Positions 37,945 to 52,799 of a stretch of DNA of 64,000 bases are shown in pieces. The stretch comes from Gordius albopunctatus. Its lineage: Eukaryota. Numbering within the stretch: position 1 is the first letter of the stretch; each line of letters opens with the position of its first letter. Position numbers and translations under genes: made by a program. The stretch lies in contig OZ193909.1 of assembly GCA_964276515.1 (NCBI GenBank), positions 20,956,001-21,020,000 of the forward strand, given 5' to 3'. A model generated the notes under the pieces. The model did not search any database and was not told the DNA's origin. It saw only the letters and a list, made by a program, of their open reading frames with translations.

Positions 37945-40900
37945 ATTTTTTTCCATAGCTGTTTGTCACATTTAGTAGTCAGCTACTTCAAGTAGGTTCT
38001 CCATGTATTCCTGCACTTACACCAGCTTCGCTTTAGCTCGAACCTTCTCAAGTCCATATCTATTTTATGTTCCCATGTCAGTTTAGACTTCCCTCTCTTT
38101 CGCTTACCTTCGACTTGCACTTTCTTGATACGATTTGCCAAGTGACTTTCCTCCCGTCTCTCCAAATGGCCATACCATCTCAATCTTCTTACCACCAACT
38201 TTCTCTGAATTGGAACTACATTTAGTTTATCCCTTATGTCTTGATTCCTTATATGGTCTTTTTGCTTATTACCAAGATCCATCTTAACATTCGCATCTCC
38301 ATTGTAGCCAAGCTTTGCTCCTCTTTTGCCCTAATTGCCCAAGTTTCTGCTCCATACAATACAGTGGGTACAATAACGGTGTGTTATATAACCGTCCTTT
38401 CAATTTGAGTGGTATGTGCTTGTCACATAGGACACCACTCAACTCCCTGAATTTTAGCCAGCCTGCGTTTATTCTTGCCTTAATTTCGTTTTCCACACCT
38501 CCATCACATTTTACCCTAGAACCAAGATATTTGGATTCTTTCCTGCTGCTTAAATACCAGTCATCGATTTGCAGGTGTGTTTCTTTGTATTCATTCCCCG
38601 ACTCCAAGCATATATATTCAGTTTTATCTCGGTTGACCCTAAGGTCTTTGCATTTTCGTTCCATCCACACTTTTACCTGCTCTGCTAATTCCACGTTTGA
38701 GCCTGCGCACAGGACGATATCATCCGCAAAGAGCATTGCCCAAGGTGATTCGCGTTTCAGGTCCTTCGTTATCGAATCCATTATTGTTATGAAGAGCAAT
38801 AGACTTAGGGCCGGTCCTTGATGCAGACATTTATACTGAATCCCTTTGATGTACCACTGGATGTCAGAACTTTGGTTTTTGCGTTTCTATAAATATCCTT
38901 TATTAACATTATATAAGCGTCGGGTACACCATTGGAACTCAGGCTCAACTGCCTTGGCACTTTATCGAAAGCTTTCTTAAGATCGATGAAACACATATAA
39001 AAATCCTTTTGTTTTTCCTTATATAATTCCATACGTCTCCTAAGACCATGTATTGCATCTGAAGTCGACTTTCCAGGCATGAACCCAAATTGTCGTTCAT
39101 CTATTGGTATTATTTTTCGGAGTCTAGCTTTTATAACCTTTTCCCACACCTTCATTACGTGACTCGTTAACTTTATCCCTCGATAGTTGTTGCATTCTTG
39201 TACATCTCCCTTCAATTTACAGATAGGTCCACTCATCAGGCATCATACCACTTGCAAGTATTTTGTTAAACAGCTTTGCAAGTAGATGTAAACTTAAGGG
39301 TCCTGGCATTTTAAAAGCTTCCATAGGTATATTATCAGGTCCCACCGCTCTACCCATGGTCATCTTCTTAAGCACCTGGTCAACCTTTTCCTCTGTCACT
39401 TCTAACTCTGGGTTATATTCATAGGCCTTGCTTCGCAGTGGTCCGAAAACACATTTTCACTGTTTAATAATTCTTTACAGTATTCTTCTCAACGATCTAT
39501 GATTTGATGGTCCTGAGTTAGATTGATGCTTTCCTTGCTAGATTTCACGTTTACTGATGAGACTTAATCTATTTATTTTGGAATTTTAACTACCAAACAC
39601 GTAAAAGTCTAAATAAGTAATAGAGATTTTGTATATATAGAGTCGGATCGCGTGATGGTAGGGTGATCGCGTGATGGTGGGGTGATTGCGTGATAGTGAC
39701 TTGATAATGAATATCGTTTTAATAAACATAATTTGAATAAACGCGCATGGTGCAGTATACAGACGCGCATGGTGCAGTTGCAGTATACAACATCTCCTAC
39801 CCCCTTAAGTTATTCCGTATCTTTCTATAGGTTTTCGGATTCGTGTAGATCGCCGGACCGTTATTTCGGGTGAGGGTATAGGTGAATGAGGGGAGTCCGT
39901 ACGAGGGGGTAGAGTTGAGGGCGGGGGTGGAATGGAAACTAGCATATTATCGCTAGCTTCATCATGTGGTAGGTTAGGCTGTTGCGGGATGGTGGCGTCA
40001 AGTAAATCACTGGGTTCATATTGTGGTAGATCACCCGGTATTGCGTGTGAAATGTCAGCCCATCGATCCTCATCGTTTAGCGTAGTTGCGTCATCTAAAG
40101 ATTTTCTAATATGATCACCATGTCTCTTGCATAATGCTCCATTATCCATTTCTACCATGTACGATACAGGGCCTAAGATATTTACTATTTTTCCCGTTGC
40201 CCATAATTTATCATTAGTTGTGAAAGTTCTAACCCACACTCTATCTCCAATTATAAATTTCAGTTTGATGGGTGCCAACTCGTCTTTGTCAAGACCAGTT
40301 ACATGTGGTTTGAGTAAATTTAATGGACCAATTGGTTGTATTTTGATTAATAGATTGGCTGGAGTTAATCCAGTTGTTGGGTGAATGGTATTCCTATAAG
40401 AAAACAGAAAGTTATATAATTTATCGTTTTTAAAATTTTTAGTTTTGTTCAAGAACTCCTTAAATGTTCGAACAAAACGTTCAGCTTCTCCGTTGGATCG
40501 AGGATGATACGGGCTGGGATATGCGTTACGAATTTTATTTGTTTTGCAGTATGTTTTAAATTCGGTGCTTGTAAATTGTAGCCAGGGTGCTAGGTACTCC
40601 GAACATTAAGAAAATAGCTTCGAGAGCGTTAATAGTGCTTGATGTTGTTATCGTTGTCATAGGGATCACCTCGGGCCATCTACTGTAGGCGTCAATTACA
40701 ATTAGGTAATAATACCCATTAATTGGTCCGCAAAAATCAGCATGTAACCTAGACCATGGTTTTCCTGGGTTTTCCCATTTTTGCGTTGCTAATTCGGTTG
40801 TGCCAGTAAACCATTGTTGACAATCCGCACAGTTTTGAACATAAACTTCTATATCTTTATCAATACCTGGATACCAGAGATGTTGACGAGCCAAAATTTT

Positions 40901-43215
40901 TGAGCGACTCATGCCTGGGTGTCCTAAGTGGATTAGTTTCAAAATGGTTTGCCTTAATCCTTGAGGAATAATAATTCTGTATCCCCAAAATATGCAGCCT
41001 TTTAAGGTGGTGAGTTCTCTTTGTCGTTGTTGGTAAACTACTAGATCTGGAGTAACTTTCTTTGGCCAGCCATGGAGTACATAGTTATAGACTTGTCCCA
41101 GGATAGGATCTTTACGAGTATGACGATCTATGTCGGCGGATGTAATGGGGAAAAGTTGGAATGGTTCTTCATAAATGGTGTGTATATCATCTTCTTCTCC
41201 TTGTTCTAGTGTTTCTTCAGACTGTATCGGAAGCCTGGATAACATATCAGCTTGTGTATTTTCCTTGCCAATTTTGTATTTTATGGTATAATGATAAGGT
41301 ATTGTTAACAAGGTCCATTTCTGAAGTCTTGCTGACATACCTTGTGATATATTTTTATTTGGGTTGAATATTGATATTAATGGTTTGTGATCTCTAAGTA
41401 AGGTAAAATTGAGGCCATATAAATATTCCTTAAATTTATTAAAAGCATAAATGATGGCTAAAGCTTCTTTTTCAATTTGGCTATAATTTCTTTCAGCAGC
41501 GTTAAGGGTGCGGGACGCAAAAGCAATAGGGTGCTGATAACCTTTAATTTCGTGGGAAAGTACTGCACCGAGTCCCTCAGATGAAGCATCCGTTGAGAGT
41601 ATTAGCGGTAACTCGGGGTCAAAATATTTTAATATCGGGGCCTTGATAATGGCTTTTTTAATGTCATTGAATGCATTTGTACAGTCTATGGACAAATTCC
41701 AAGCTACTGTTTTCCTTAGCAGTTTATAAAGAGGTTGTGCTAAAGAAGAGAAATTTTTTATGAGTTTCGCGTAGTATGTTGCTATACCTAAAAAAGATTG
41801 TAATTCTTTTATTTTAGTTGGGGCTGGTGCTGCTAAAATTGCTTTAGTATTCTTGTCAGTGGTAAAAATTCCGTCTTTATTAATGGTATGTCCTAAATAT
41901 TCCACTTTTTTTCCCAAAAATTTACACTTGCCTAATTTTAGTTTTAGGCCTGTTTTTTCCAATTCTTTAAAAACCTTTTCCAATTTTTGATTATGGTCCT
42001 CTACTGTCTTACCAGCTATGATAAGCATGGTGCAGTTGCAGTATACAACATTTACCACATTCTTTGAGTTCCTTGCTCTAGTCTTTGCGATTTTGTAGAT
42101 CATTCTTTCCCCTTCTTTTCTGGTTAACTTAGCATTCAAATTTTCGTAGACCCCTGTTTTAGCATTGACTACACAACGTTTTGCCTCGTTTTTAGCTTTC
42201 GCATATGCAAATCGTGTTTCTTCATTTCTCTTGCCTGACCATAATTTGTAAAGCTTTCTTTTCAACTTGACCAGTCGTTGCACGTCTTCGTTCCACTACC
42301 ATGTCTCCTTATCTTTTTGTACACCTGGTCTACCTTCTCCTAGAACACATCTCGTTACTGATCTTACCGTGTTAGCTATGTTATTCCACATATCGTTACC
42401 ATTCTGCTGATCATCTATTTGCAGCCTTTCAACTATTTTGTCATTGTAAATATCTTTCAATTTTGGTAGTCGGAACCATTTGATTTTCCCATTTAATCTC
42501 TTCGGCTTTTGTGTTTTAGCTTTGGAGATAGTATAGTCCATCACAACAAGTCTATGCTGGGTTACAATAGCTTCACCTGGTATCACCTTACAATCTCGTA
42601 CATTCTATAATTTCTTTCTTGATATTAGGAGGAAGTAAATCTGCGAAGATTGATTTCCACTTTTGTATGTTATTAGGTGATTTACAATCTTTTTGGAGAA
42701 GGTATTTGTGATGGCCAAATCAAATGCTATGGCTATTTTCAATATTTTGTCGCCTTCATCGTTTCTCGCTTCCTATCCATTTCCACCATGGTACCGTTCA
42801 AATCCTTCTCTTGTTTTGCCTACGTGACCATTTATATCCGCTCCAATTATAACTATCTCAGCTCTGGGTATCATTCGCAGCGTTTCGTCTAATTCTTCCC
42901 GAAAGTCCACCTTTTCTTCATCTGTGCATCCTGTTTGCTGAGCATATCCCTAACTACATTAATCATTTGACCTTCTATGCATAGTTTTAACATCATGGGT
43001 CGCCCACTTTTTCTTTGTACCTCAATGACTTTATCTTGCACGCCATTTTTATTCGTTTCTAGGCCATTGAAGTAAAGTTTATAGCCTTCACCTATCATCC
43101 TTGCTTTTGCGCCTTTCCATCTTGTTTCCTGTATACACGCTATATCGACCCGTCGCTTGCTGAGGGTGTCAGCAACTTCTCGGCATTTTGCAGTCATTGT
43201 TCCAACATTTATTAC
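37945..43215 (-). mobile_element. Decayed near-full-length RTE LINE split by a Gypsy insertion
   Basis: IQETRWKG, NYRGIKL, FIDLKKAFDKVPR, LFADD, RLRWYGH across frameshifted ORFs. Confidence 0.92.
39555..42050 (-). mobile_element. Internally deleted Gypsy LTR retrotransposon (RT end, RNase H, integrase, PPT, 238-bp 3' LTR)
   Basis: 5-bp TSD TTTAC (39550-39554, 42051-42055); TG..CA LTR 39792-39555; PPT AAGGGGGTAGGAGA; ~26-bp 5' LTR stub; TDAS, HLGHPG..CADC, LHADFCGP. Confidence 0.93.
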
Positions 43216-44582
43216 GAACTTTCATAGTATAAATTTTGGTTTATATGGAATGAGGGAGTATTGATATCCCGGCCTTCCAAGTCTGACGGAACTATGTTAG
43301 ATTTTGGCGCTTGACTACCTACTATTCTTTATGATGCCGTCATTTTGGTGAATTAAACTTTTCTTTAGACCACTCGTATTGATAGGCTTAATCTAGCACT
43401 TCCATTTCACCAGTACTCCCTCAAAAAGCCCATAAATTTTAGCCTGACCCTTCACCAAGAACCTTGCCAATAGGGTGACCACACCAGTAACAAACACAAA
43501 AATTGTGTTTGGCTACAAAAGGTATAGCTTCTTGGATCACGAAAGTGCACAAGCTCAACCACCACTACAAGGTATTTCTGGCTCGGTTGAGAATTTATAT
43601 TATTTTATATATAATTAAAAAAAAATTCTATATGTATATTTTGGGGTGAGGGTCTAAACATTATCCTTAAATTATATTAAAATTTAGCTGATACAAAAAG
43701 GAATTACTAGAATACTAGAATATATAAAAATATTCAAAATTTAATATTAAAATATATTAAGATGATGATAATAAGATTTTATAAACATAACTCTAATTAT
43801 TTTAAAAGAAAGAAAAAATAAACTGTTAAAGCTATAAAAAAAGAAACATATATGTAGAAATGTTTATAATTAATAAATGACTTACGATTCGATCGATAAT
43901 TTCAACGGTGTGCGTTGTATTCTGTTTCGTTCAAGTTCTGGGCGTTCGGGTTTTGTTTTCACTTTGTTTTTTCTGACACATGTTGTTTGATGTATTCGAT
44001 TTTTTGAACGGAGTGTGGTTTCCTTCCCCCCTCCGCGCTTAATTATTATTTATTCTCTACGTGGTGTGTTATTCCTCCCCCCGTATATTATTTATCCATC
44101 ACACAAGCGCTACGTGAATTTTGTTAAATTTTACCTTTTCTCCTATTTATTGCTGATCAACGATTTTTATTGCTTTTTGAGTTATTTATAGTTGAGAATG
44201 TCGTTAAGACAGGAAAAACACTGGCATAAATGTTTGTTGAATATTCCAAAATAAACCTTTAAACCTAAATATGTCTCACTCGAGAATAATATCGTCGAGA
44301 CGAGACCTTAATAATCGGACTTGAGACGAGATGAGTTGCTTTTGAGACCGCTGATGTATAAATTTTACCAAAAAATAATATGACAATTAATACATTTTGT
44401 ATTCAAGTTTAGGACATTCTATCTGCTTATAATAATATCATATGAATTCTCCCTTTTTGGGAATCATGAGTAGGCTTCTCCAAACCTTGATGGCACAATT
44501 TTAATTTTAATGAATTTAGTGTGTTGTTACAAGTTGACATTATTTATTCAAATAAATTTAGTTACCTTTTTTAAATTAATAA

Positions 44583-45780
44583 ATGAAGGTTGTAGTTGTT
44601 GGTGGAAATGGCTTTCTTGGAACTCATTTAGTTAATTATTGCATTAATGAAGGCTATGAAACTGTTATTTTTGATCTAAATATTGATAAATCAACAAGCA
44701 ATTCACAAGCAACATTTTTTAAAGGATCCATAACTAATTATGATGTACTTTAATCTACCTTAACAAATCATTTACTTTAGGATATTATAAATTGTTTGCA
44801 AGGTGTTGAAGCTGTCTTTAATTGTGCATCACCACCTGAATTTTCGATTGATAATAAAATTTACACTGATGTGAATATAGTAGGTACAAAAAATTTAATA
44901 AAGGCTTGCAAAGTCCAAAAGGTCAAGGTATAAGAAACAAATTTTATTTAATTTTTAGCGTCTTATATTAACTAGTAGTGCTAGTGTGGTATATGAACGT
45001 CAAGATATATATAATGGTGATGAAAATATGCCTTATGCCAAGCATCATGTGACACACTATATCAAAACTAAGATTGAACAAGAAAAGGTATACATTAACA
45101 AAATTTTGCCAACAAGTAAAGATGGTTCTAAATAGCAATGACATTGAAAATGATTTTTGTACACTTGCGATTAGGCCTCATGGAATATTTGGCCCTGGTG
45201 ATAAATTGCTAGTTCCGCAAACTTTGAAGGCTGCAAAAGAAAGCAAACTTAATTATATTATTGGGTAATATTTTAAATATTGCATTTATATTTTAATTAC
45301 TGTAGTAATGGCACTAACATTGTAGATTTTACTTATGTTGAAAATATTGCCTATGCTATGGTATTGGCATCTAAGAGGCTTGCAGAAGATACAAAAGTTG
45401 CTGGTCAAGTATATAATAACATTTTTAGACATAAATTTATAATCTTGTAGGTTTTTAACATAACAAATAATGAACCTGTTTATTTTTGGACTTTTATAGG
45501 CAATATAGCTGAGGTATTTGGCTATAAGGCACCCAAAAAGCATCTCCCATATTATCCAATCTATTATTTAGCTTGTATATTTGAATTTATTTCATGGCTA
45601 CTAAAACCTATCAAAACATTGAATTTTACATTCTCACCACAAAAAGTTGCATTATGTGGTACACATCACTTTTTCAGTTGTCAAAAGGCTATCAATTTAT
45701 TGAAATATAAACCTTTATTTGACATGAAAACTGGGTTTGAAAAAATGTGTGATCAGTTTAAAAAGCAGCAACATAATTGA
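44583..45780 (+). CDS. NSDHL: Sterol-4-alpha-carboxylate 3-dehydrogenase (NSDHL/ERG26-like), 6 exons
   Basis: GGNGFLG, LTSSASVV, YIKTK, IRPHGIFGPGD, GNGTNIVDFTYVEN, GTHHFFSC; introns 44745-44780, 44928-44958, 45088-45121, 45265-45305, 45409-45450. Confidence 0.88.
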
Positions 45781-46441
45781 TTGTCTTTAATACAAGCTCA
45801 AACCATCCCTAGCCAAATTTTTGAGCTTTTATAGTTTTTTTAAATGATCATGATTATTTAATACAGTTGGACATCCATTATTACGTTTTTTGTATACTTT
45901 ATTCAACAATGTTTCATTTTTTTACAAGATTTTAATTGATTAAATATGTGTTATTTTAAATAAAGGTTTAATAGTCCCACATATATGACAATAGTAATTT
46001 AGGTTGTTATACCCTAAATGCCTAATGAATGATAGATTATTTGATATAATTAAGTGAAATAAGTAAATTTTAGTTTATTCTAATGCAAAAGCACGCCACT
46101 TTTTAACACTGTATATTTGGTTTTCCATAATGTAGGCTGTGTCTTTTTACTTGTTGCTGCTGGGTAAAGGATACCCTCCAAGAAATGTCTATATTTTTTT
46201 ATTGAACTATAATTCATCCTTATTAAGTATTTGTCCCTCAGTGGTGGGGTTTGTTTTTAAGGTTTCTTTCATCTGAAATCTTGCAATATTATGATTTTGG
46301 AGTTGGTTTGCTAACCCTCCACTTTTTGCACACATTCAAGTTAAATTAAATATCAATTGCAATTCGGAATTATAACTAGGAAACCAAAATTTATTTTAAA
46401 TCCTCTAGAACGCAAATTAACATTCAAAAAAGAAAAAAATG

Positions 46442-46515
46442 AGGCACCACCGAGATTCGAACTCGGGATCTCCTGTTTACTAGACAGGCGCTTTAACCAA
46501 CTAAGCCATGGCGCC
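46442..46515 (-). tRNA. tRNA-Thr(AGT)
   Basis: GGCGCCATGGCTTAGTTGGTTAAAGCGCCTGTCTAGTAAACAGGAGATCCCGAGTTCGAATCTCGGTGGTGCCT folds as a cloverleaf; downstream T7 Pol III terminator. Confidence 0.95.
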
Positions 46516-46934
46516 TTTAATAAGTTCTTAATAATTATTATTTATAAATTTAGCTTAGGTTATATGCTTATAACAATTCAAAGTGATTATCATGGATTAA
46601 TTGTGAATATAATTCGTCATATAAAATCGATTGAATTGATGAAATAGGTAGAGGGAAATGGCAGTCGATATTTTGAGCAAATAGCTCATCATCGGGAAAA
46701 AAGTGGAGATGAAATGATAATATAATGAATTGAGTTAATGGGTAAGATAAGCAAGACGTTTAGATAAAACAATACAAAATAATCATGTAAAAACAAATCC
46801 ATCCCTACAATCGCGATTGTTAATTTCTCGCCATGAACATCTCCATTTAATGTTTCCCGTTGATGGGCAATATTAGCTAGAAATATCGCGTGCCATCAAC
46901 TATTTTATCAATACAACTCCGCAACGTATTATAT

Positions 46935-47300
46935 TCTTCTTTATCAGTTATTTGGTCCCGCATAGGTGGGGTTTGTTTTGATAAGTTTCTTCCATCTTTA
47001 CCGGGTGAGTTCCATATCTTGACTTATCTCTTTAGTTTTCATAACTTTATCGACTTACCCTTTCCACGTGACACGGGGTCGTCCTCTGCCCCGGTACCTC
47101 CATATCCAGTACTTTTCGATTTACGTCATCCGTGTCCCTTCTTAGTATATGCACATACCGCCTTACTCGATTTTCGTTAATCATGTCCGCCATAGATTGA
47201 ATACCCATTTTTGTCATGAGAAAGTCATTCGTCATATGGTCGAGCTTAGTGTACCCCAAACTCCACCGTATCGTTCTCATCTCTGTGTCTTGTAATATTG
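46935..47300 (-). mobile_element. RTE LINE 3' fragment, same family as 21824-24909
   Basis: TEMRTIRWSLGYTKLDHMTNDFLM and matching 3' end. Confidence 0.88.
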
Positions 47301-47714
47301 CTTCTAATAAATCCGCTATCTGTGCGAGTTTCTGCTCGGGCAATCTGCTCAGTGCTTAAACAGATTTTGCTACTTCGACTCGCCGCTCGAACATTTTTAT
47401 ATGCTAGTGTTCTGCCTAGTGTATTAAAAAACAAGAGATTGTGCTAACGCGCATATTAAGCAACTCAGTGTACATGCTCGAGCAAAACACATAGTGAGCG
47501 TTACTCACGCGAACAATTTAACAACTCTAGGCCTATCATCAACATGATCGCATATTCACAATCTTCTATAATTTGATTCTGATAATTGAATTTCTTTGAA
47601 TTAAATCATTATTAAGGGTAATAAGGTTTATTTTTATGAAAATGCTAACGCTTAGGTGCAGAAATGGAACAAACGCTCAGCAAGTTTAAATACAATAAAC
47701 ACTCTATTAGGACT

Positions 47715-49227
47715 TTTAGCATTTAAAGGACTACCTTTCGGTCTCAGGCTTAGTGCACCCGTGTTTTAGAAGACCACGACGTCGGTATTCCAAGGCCTGT
47801 CTCGTGTTTTTTGGTAATTAGATGACATTCTGGCCATGCTGGAACGAATTAAATAACGAGGTTTACGAATCATTGGCAAATGCACCATTTGTGTTACGAA
47901 AGTGAAATAATTGAGTCATGAATTGCGTAACGGATAATTCGTCCATTGCAGAGTAAGCTCGATGATATACTAAGAATGCGACCACCCCTAAACAAGAAAG
48001 AGATGTTATTCTTTTTCGGGTCGGAAAATTACTACAACGAGTTTATGCCAAACTTGTTGACGATGGAAAAAGTTAGATTTGTGTGGCGGATCAAAGGAAA
48101 GGAGGCCTTCAAAGCGTTAAAGAAGATTCTAAAGGAAGGACCTGTTCTAACATGCCTTTAATCCGATCCACCATTAGCGGTAGATGCGTTTCAAGGCGTG
48201 GTTGGAGTGTTACTGCATGTTATTGGTCAGGAGGAGCGCCAAATTCTATACTTTTTGCGCATATTCTTCAAAGCAGAACTCAATTATTTTGTAATTGAAA
48301 GGGACACATTGGCGGTAATAGAGAATTTAACGCGTTGCCGTGAATATTTAATTGGTTACAGTTACGATATCTATACCGATCACAAACCGCTTGTATCGAT
48401 TTTGCAAAGGACAACCGGGATCTATTCTTAAGCCTGAACCTGCAAAACGATTATTAGCTTTAGGAAATTTCAACGCAACGTTAAAATACCGAAAGGGTAA
48501 GTCAAATCGCTTGCCGGACACATTATCGATATTAGGAGACGGTAGCCTAATTCACTACGAGTTAGGGCTTGTCTTAATATCGGATTTTGCTGAGCAGCCA
48601 AAATCGTCGTACGGGTTATAACATAGCCGTGTCTTAACTTCGAATTCACAGCAGATTTACAATTCAGACGCAAAATATAACAACGATTTTGTAAGATGCA
48701 AAAATTTTCCTAAGCCTAAACGTTGTATGTTTTTAATTTTTTAAGGTATCAGCAAAGTTTAGATTTAATCTGAAGAAAGAGTTAAAATAAATAAAAAAAC
48801 GTTTTTAACTATCGAAAAATAAAATATTAATAATTACAACCGAGTTTGACCCATTAAATTGAATCGGATATTTGGACAAAGATAAATCCGCGCGATTCGA
48901 ATCTGAATCCGATATTAAGACAAGCCCTTAGAAGGTGAAAATTTTGCAGAAGTGAACATAATAACGCAAAATTGTGGAGATGTGGACCTAGCTAAATTAG
49001 TCAGAGAAAGTCCCGATTTAATTTTGGTGTTAAATTACTTAAAAACGGGCAAGAGTTTACTAGAGACGTTACCATCATCCTATCAGAGCCTAATGCATGA
49101 ATTAAGGGTCAACTATGCGTTATTTGGCAACGATAACATAGTAATTCCGTCGGTGTTACAACCTCAAGTACTAGAACTGCTACATGCAGGTCACTTGGGC
49201 ATAGCAAAGGTGAAGGGTCTATAGACA
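47715..49227 (+). mobile_element. Decayed Gypsy pol fragments; the integrase continues at 56798-57240
   Basis: LPFG, LDDIL, YTDHKPL, LHAGHLGIAKVKGL. Confidence 0.8.
48563..48929. mobile_element. MITE with ~23-bp TIR
   Basis: AGGGCTTGTCTTAATATCGGATT / AATCCGATATTAAGACAAGCCCT. Confidence 0.75.
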
Positions 49228-52200
49228 TCATTTTTTAACATCTGTGAACCCTAATTTACAATCTTGAAAGTTACAAATTATCTTTAATTAAAAATTATCA
49301 ATAGCCCTTAATTTTTGGTATGGTGCAAGTTTGGATCTAAACCATATTCTTACAACTTTATATAACAATCCATAAATCCCTTAATATCTATCCAATGATT
49401 CCAAATTAAGACATACTACATTTGTCTCATAAAGATTTACACTTCAAATCATTTAACCAATCTATTCAATTCATTATAACCAATATAAAAAATTGTCATC
49501 AATCCACTTTATCCACTATGTCATCTATTCCTATTCACATTGCATCCAACACATGCAAGTGTCTATCCCCCAAAGTTTCAGCTCGACAACATTAAGAAGT
49601 CCAAACATTCAAACAACAATCAAGCAAATTACTGAGAAAGACTCACAACCACACCCATTATTTTCAACTTGATCCCTACTATTCAAAGCAAACATTCATT
49701 TACTCAGAAACTCTTTACAAAAAAACAAACAATTACCTCACCCAATCTTTCTCTCTAACATCATCACTACTATTCAAAGCAAACTGAACCCTCTACTTAA
49801 TAACCTAGAAACCACTTACAGTATTTCAATCATTTATACATTTCTTATCACTATTTTATTAACATCCATAGTTTATTTTTTTTGCACATATTTAGACCTA
49901 AAATTATATACCCAAAAATTAAAAATTATATACAATATCTTATCAGGCAACTTTTTAACAATTACAACTTACCTAACCAAGGTAACAATTTTTTTTTTAA
50001 AAAACAACTGCAATGCCACTTACTCTATCCTTAAGGTTGTCCTTTATCCTTCCACTCATAATTACTCAGAGTCTTACAATAAATCATCAGTTTTTACATG
50101 AATAAATTCTTTTCTTTGTTTGATAAAATTCATATACAACATATTAAATGGTCCTTTTAAAAGCCCTATGCCCCTTGTGTCATCGAAATATCTCATTTAA
50201 CAAAAAGAATTGTTTTTACAACATGGCCCTGTCACCAATAAATGCCCCTCCTCGGGGAAGCTCGCTCCCCCAAACACTACATGGCCACCATCAACCTTAA
50301 TATTGGAAGATAACATTATTCTCAGTCCCTCTGGTACTGATATTCCTAATCTAATACCTCATCAAACCTACTATACCACAAATGACATGACATGGAGTAC
50401 AGCCTTTTTATCTCAAACATTCCCACCAACCATATCCAGAATTCCAAGGGGGGCCCGGGCGTGCATGCAACAGTTTTTAATAAACTTACTTAACAATATT
50501 ATTTCCCTCCCTCAGAACCTTTCCTATTGGGAGAAACTATTTAAATTCTCTTTTTACATTTTATCCATTCCTCAAGACAAAGAAGCAAATATCACTCATA
50601 ATATTAAACAATCAGTTTTAAAGTTCGACAGTCAAAACAGCCCTCCAGCATATAAAATTGAGAGAAAGGAATCCCACATATTAACTCCCAAACAAAAAGC
50701 GAATATGATCTCTAGAAAAATCCACACTTTCAACATAAAAGGTGCAATCAGATTTCTTGAAGAAGACAATTCATTTCTGAGTCCTTCACAAAAATCATAC
50801 GAATAAATGGTTCTCAAACACCCCCAGAGTCTATCGTCTACTTACCTATCGCCCTCGCAACCTTCAGATATTGCTTTTAAGTCACCAGAAATTCGAGATG
50901 CCATCTTATCCTTTCCCATGGATTCTGCAGGTGGTCTCGACGGCATAAAACCAATTTTTTTAAAAGATCTTATAACAATTGATAATAATAACTCCTCCAT
51001 CTTATTAGACTTACTCACCAAATTTTGTAACCTTTTAGTCAATGGGAGTATACCTAAAGAAATAACGCCCATAGTCTTTGGAGCTAAGCTTTTAGCTATT
51101 AGGAAGGCCGACAATTCAGCCAGGCCTATCGCTATCGGCGGTGTTTTTCGAAGAATTTTTTCTAAATTAATTTGCTCGGCGATCAAACCAATATTGACCC
51201 CAACTTTAATTCCGCATCAACTAGGCTTTGGGGTCAAAGGAGGGTGCGAGATAGCTACCCATGCCGCACGCTTAGCCCTGGAACACCTCCCACCGGGTGA
51301 CTCCTTTATAAAACTGGATTTTAAAAATGCTTTCAACAGCATTCGCCGCACTGCTTTCATTAATGAATTTATCAAACTGTTTCCCCACTACACCAACTAC
51401 ATCATTTTAAGTTAGGATGCCCTTCGATTTTGAAATTTGGAGAATTCTTCATCGAATCCGCAGAAGGGATCCAACAAGGCGATCCTCTAGGCCCCCTTTA
51501 TTCTGCTTGGCCATAAATCACCTAATTAACGAAATTAACAAACACTGTAAAATTACTCTTAATGTCTGGTATCTTGATGACGCCACTCTTGTTGGGACCC
51601 CTGACAACCTAGCCCAAGCACTAGTTGTAATACATGCTTTTTTCCCCACTCTAAACTTATGTTAACGCCTCTAAAAGTGAAATATATTCTGACTTGGATA
51701 ATATTCACCCAAAGTTTTTTGACTTTGCCAAAATTAAAAAAGACAATTTGTATGTTTTAGGCACACCTATCGGGGGACCCCAGTGCCTTAAAAAATTTTA
51801 GACAAAAATCTCTCTTCTTTAAAAACCAAATTAGACATTTTTAAATCTATGCCATCTCATCATTCTTTTTATATTATAAAAAATTATTACAACATTAGCA
51901 AAATTTTATTCTGCTTCCGCTCTACGCAAGCTTTTTTATTTAATGAAGTTTTACACGACTATGAAAACTTTTTTAAATCCACTCTTGAATCAATTTTAAA
52001 TATTTCCTTTAACACCAATACTTGGCTTCAAGCCACACTTCCCACAAAATCCGGTGGCCTTGGTATTCGCTCACCATCTGCGATTTCCCTAGCCGCCTTT
52101 ATTTCTTCCTCTCTATCTTTTAAACATCATATTAACGACCTTGTCCCATTCCCACTTAATCCCTCCATAAATCAAGCCCTATCCTTATGGAATGAGAACG

Positions 52201-52799
52201 TCAATGTAGGAGCTAATATACCACAATCATACGCTCAAAAAGATTTGGATGCAAGCTTGGTGTCGCGGTCCGTTGCTTACCTTCTCTCGACATGCGACGC
52301 CAAACAGCATTGCAACCTTAGGTCATTGGCTTTCGACTAGTGTTGTAAAAACGGCTGGCTGGTTTTTCCCAGCGTATTGCTAAGCTTAGTTGTTGGCGTT
52401 TTTTTTCACCCAACCCTATCAGTGTTAGGTGAATTTTCTTGGGAGGGCTTTGGCGTTTTCATAAAAAACACCCAAAGCGTTTTGGGTGTTTTTTTGTGGG
52501 CCACCCTTGGCGTTTAGGTTTGGGTGTATTAAACACCTAAAGGGTTTGGGTGGATAATATATTTAACCTTTTGGTTTGGTATTGGTCGTTTTGGGTTGGG
52601 CATGCAAATATATCAATTTGTTTGTATTGTTCGTCATATTTGCTGTATTTAGATTTAGTTAATGAACTTTTAATTTAAGAAAATAAAAATAGATGTATCA
52701 TGACGTCACTGATTGGAAACTTTTCCCATTGTGACGTCATAGTGAAAAGTATTATAATCTAATCTCTAGTAAATTATAGTTAATTATATTTTTGTGAAG

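Noticed and set aside
46357..46647. 96-aa ORF
   Set aside because: Antisense overlap of the tRNA-Thr gene; no coding features.
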